From contig NIVC01002645.1 in assembly GCA_002269645.1 (NCBI GenBank), positions 1 to 24,136 on the forward strand: a stretch of DNA of 24,136 bases, written 5' to 3'. A program made the position numbers and the translations under genes. Shown here one piece after another: positions 20,258-24,136 of the stretch. The stretch's first letter is position 1; each line of letters begins with the position of its first letter. Under the pieces are notes generated by a model. That model searched no databases, was not told the DNA's origin, and was given only the letters and a program-made list of their open reading frames with translations. This DNA comes from Macrostomum lignano. Lineage: Eukaryota.

Positions 20258-23200
20258 GATTACTGCACTCGATAAGCCAAGGATTATTGCTATTAATAAA
20301 CCAAAGACTACTGCACTCGATAAACCAAGGACTATTGCTCTTGGCAAACCAAGGATTACTGCACTCAAGAAGCCAAGGATTATTGCTATTAACAAACCAA
20401 GGATTACTGCACTCGATAAACCAAGGACTATTGCTCTTGGCAAACCAAGGATTACTGCACTCAAGAAGCCAAGGATTATTGCACTTGGAAAACCAAGGAT
20501 TACTGCACTTGATAAACCAAGGATTATTGCACTTGATAAGCCAAGGATTATTGCACTTGATAGGCCAAGATTACTGCGCTTGATAAACCAAGGATTATTG
20601 CGCTTGATAGGCCAAAGATTACTGCGCTTGATAAACCAAGGATTATTGCGCTTGATAAACCAAGGATTATTGCACTTGATAAGCCAAGGATTACTGCGCT
20701 TGATAAACAAAGGATTATTGCACTTGATAAACCAAGGATTATTGCACTTGATAAGCCAAGGATTATTGCACTTGATAAACCAAGGATTATTGCACTTGAT
20801 AAGCCAAGGATTATTGCACTTGATAAACCAAGGATTATTGCACTTGATAAGCCAAGGATTATTGCACTCGATAAGCCAAGGATTATTGCTCTTAATAAAC
20901 CAAGGATTACTGCACTCGATAAGCCAAGGATTATTGCTCTTAATAAACCAAGGATTACTGCACTTGGAAAACTAAGGATTACTGCACTCGATAAACCAAG
21001 GACTATTGCACTTGATAAACCAAGGATTATTGCACTTAATAAGCCAAGGATTATTGCACTCGATAGGCCAAGGATTATTGCTCTTAATAAACCAAGGATT
21101 ACTGCACTTGGAAAACTAAGGATTACTGCACTCGATAAACCAAGGACTATTGCACTTGATAAACAAGGATTATTGCACTTGATAAACCAAGGATTATTGC
21201 ACTTGATAAGCCAAGGATTATTGCACTTGATAGGCCAAGGATTATTGCACTTGATAGGCCAAAGATTACTGCGCTTGATAAACCAAGGATTATTGCACTT
21301 GATAAACCAAGGATTATTGCACTTGATAAGCCAAGGATTATTGCACTTGATAGGCCAAGGATTACTGCTCTTGATAAACCAAGGATTATTGCACTTGATA
21401 AACCAAGGATTATTGCACTTGATAAGCCAAGGATTATTGCACTTGATAAACAAGGATTATTTCACTTGATAAACCAAGGATTATTGCACTTGATAAACCA
21501 AGGATTATTTCACTTGATAAACCAAGGATTATTGCACTTGATAAGCCAAGGATTACTGCGCTTGATAAACAAAGGATTATTGCACTTGATAAACCAAGGA
21601 TTATTGCACTTGATAAGCCAAGGATTATTGCACTTGATAAGCCAAGGATTATTGCACTTGATAAACCAAGGATTATTGCACTTGATAAGCCAAGGATTAT
21701 TGCACTTGATAAACCAAGGATTATTGCACTTGATAAGCCAAGGATTATTGCACTCGATAAGCCAAGGATTATTGCTCTTAATAAACCAAGGATTACTGCA
21801 CTCGATAAGCCAAGGATTATTGCTCTTAATAAACCAAGGATTACTGCACTTGAAAACTAAGGATTACTGCACTCGATAAACCAAGGACTATTGCACTTGA
21901 TAAACCAAGGATTATTGCACTTAATAAGCCAAGGATTATTGCACTCGATAGGCCAAGGATTATTGCTCTTAATAAACCAAGGATTACTGCACTTGGAAAA
22001 CTAAGGATTACTGCACTCGATAAACCAAGGACTATTGCACTTGATAAACCAAGGATTATTGCACTTGATAAACCAAGGATTATTGCACTTGATAAGCCAA
22101 GGATTATTGCACTTGATTGGCCAAGGATTATTGCACTTGATAGGCCAAGATTACTGCGCTTGATAAACCAAGGATTATTGCACTTGATAAACCAAGGATT
22201 ATTGCACTTGATAAGCCAAGGATTATTGCACTTGATAGGCCAAGGATTACTGCTCTTGATAAACCAAGGATTATTGCACTTGATAAACCAAGGATTATTG
22301 CACTTGATAAGCCAAGGATTATTGCACTTGATAAACCAAGGATTATTTGTCTTGAGAAACCAAGGATTATTGCACTTGATAAACCAAGGATTATTCACTT
22401 GATAAACCAAGGATTATTGCACTTGATAAGCCAAGGATTATTTCACTCGATAAGCCAAGGATTATTTCTCTTGATAAACCAAGGATTATTGCGCTTGATA
22501 GGCCAAGATTACTTCGCTTGATAAACCAAGGATTATTGCGCTTGATAAACCAAGGATTATTGCACTTGATAAGCCAAGGATTACTGCGCTGATAAACAAG
22601 GATTATTGCACTTGATAAACCAAGGATTATTGCACTTGATAAGCCAAGGATTATTGCACTTGATAAACCAAGGATTATTGCACTTGATAAGCCAAGGATT
22701 ATTGCACTTGATAAACCAAGGATTATTGCACTTGATAAGCCAAGGATTATTGCACTCGATAAGCCAAGGATTATTGCTCTTAATAAACCAAGGATTACTG
22801 CACTCGATAAGCCAAGGATTATTGCTCTAATAAACCAAGGATTACTGCACTTGGAAAAATAAGGATTACTGCACTCGATAAACCAAGGACTATTGCACTT
22901 GATAAACAAGGATTATTGCACTTAATAAGCCAAGGATTATTTGCACTCGATAGCAAGGATTATGGCTCTTAATAAACCAAGGATTACTGCACTTGGAAAC
23001 TAAGGATTACTGCACTCGATAAACCAAGGATATTGCACTTGATAAACCAAGGATTATTGCACTTGATAAACAAGGATTATTGCACTTGATAAGCCAAGGA
23101 TTATTGCACTTGATGCCAAGGATTATTGCACTTGATAGGCCAAAGATTACTGCGCTTTGATAAACCAAGGATTATTGCACTTGATAAACCAAGGATTATT

Positions 23201-24136
23201 GCACTTGATAAGCAAGGATTATTGCACTTGATAGGCCAAGGATTACTGCTCTTGAATAAACCAAGGATTATTGCACTTGATAAACCAAGGATTATTGCAC
23301 TGATAGCCAAGGATTATTGCACTTGATAAACCAAGGATTATTTCACTTGATAAACAAGGATTATTGCACTTGATAAACCAAGGATTATTTCACTTGATAA
23401 ACCAAGGATTATTGCACTTGATAAGCAAGGATTATTTCACTCGATAAGCCAAGGATTATTTTCTTGATAACCAAGGATTATTGCACTTGATAAGCCAAGG
23501 ATTATTGCACTTGATAGCCAAGGATTACTGCTCTTGATAGGCCAAGGATTACTGCACTTGATAAACCAAGGATTATTGCACTTGATAGGCCAAGGATTAT
23601 TGCACTTTGATAGTCCAAAGATTACTGCGCTGATAAACCAAGGATTATGCACTTGATAAACCAAGTATTATTGCACTTGATAAGCAAGGATTATTGCACG
23701 TTGATAAGCAAGGATTATTGCACTTGATAACAAGGATTATTGCACTTGATAGGCCAAGGATTACTGCGGCTTAATAAACAAGATTATTGCACTTGATAAA
23801 CCAAGGATTATTGCACTTATAAACCAAGGATTATTGCACTTGATAAACAAGGATTATTTCACTTGAAAAACCAAGGATGATTGCTCTTGATAAAAAAATT
23901 GCACTTGATAAACCAAGGATTATTGCACTTGATAAACCAAGGATTATTGCACTTGATAAGCAAGGATTATTGCACTTGATAACCAAGGATTACTGCGCTT
24001 GATAAACCAAGGATTATTGCACTTGATAAACCAAGGATTATTGCACTTGATAAGCCAAGGATTATTTCACTTGAAAACCAAGGATTATTGCACTTTTTCG
24101 ATCAAGGATTATTGTATTAAATAAACCAAGGATTAT
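20258..24136 (+). repeat. SatC 24-bp satellite array (GATAAACCAAGGATTATTGCACTT)n, >=160 monomers, truncated by window end
   Basis: Direct tandem copies; the 24-bp period explains the 8-aa periodic ORFs (LHLINQGL etc.). Confidence 0.98.

Larger units (their letters stand above)
19579..24136 (+). mobile_element. Non-autonomous Helitron-like element E4 (3' end outside window); SatC cargo
   Basis: Starts TCCATATACTAAAAATGG immediately after the CTAG of E3. Has a GT microsatellite, AACGGCTCAACCGATTT (19646-19662; from memory this resembles 5' motifs of invertebrate non-autonomous Helitrons) and the same 5' module as E2/E3. Confidence 0.7.

Noticed and set aside
20255-23664. Leu-rich periodic ORFs (LHLINQGL, SSAIILGL, IKCNNPWF) resembling LRR/antifreeze-type repeats
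   Set aside because: A 24-bp monomer keeps frames open on both strands by arithmetic; the ORFs are broken by scattered indels, with no unique N- or C-terminal domain.
2161-24136. CRISPR array interpretation of the 23-24-bp repeats
   Set aside because: Monomers are contiguous with no unique spacers; no cas genes or other prokaryotic features.
19332-24136. True telomere or subtelomere
   Set aside because: Only ~4 telomere-like units, internal to an element and followed by more element sequence.

Overview
Non-coding, repeat-only eukaryotic DNA (probably an invertebrate animal; species not assignable). No credible protein-coding gene: the supplied ORFs are by-products of tandem repeats or of a repeated non-coding module. 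The window reads as a head-to-tail chain of four non-autonomous Helitron-like (rolling-circle) elements on the + strand: E1 <1-1598, E2 1599-5043, E3 5044-19578, E4 19579->24136. All three junctions read hairpin-(9 nt)-CTAG|TC with no intervening base. E2-E4 share a ~560-680 bp 5' module: TC start, conserved body, clustered bZIP-type motifs and a tRNA-like A-box/B-box cassette. A different satellite follows directly in each: 23-bp SatA plus a 17/18-bp G-rich repeat (E2, also E1), a ~12.9-kb array of 22/23-bp SatB (E3), and 24-bp SatC (E4). The element boundaries and repeats are seen directly. The Helitron assignment rests on terminal signatures. Mechanistic and regulatory ideas are inference, and some array features may be long-read consensus artefacts.
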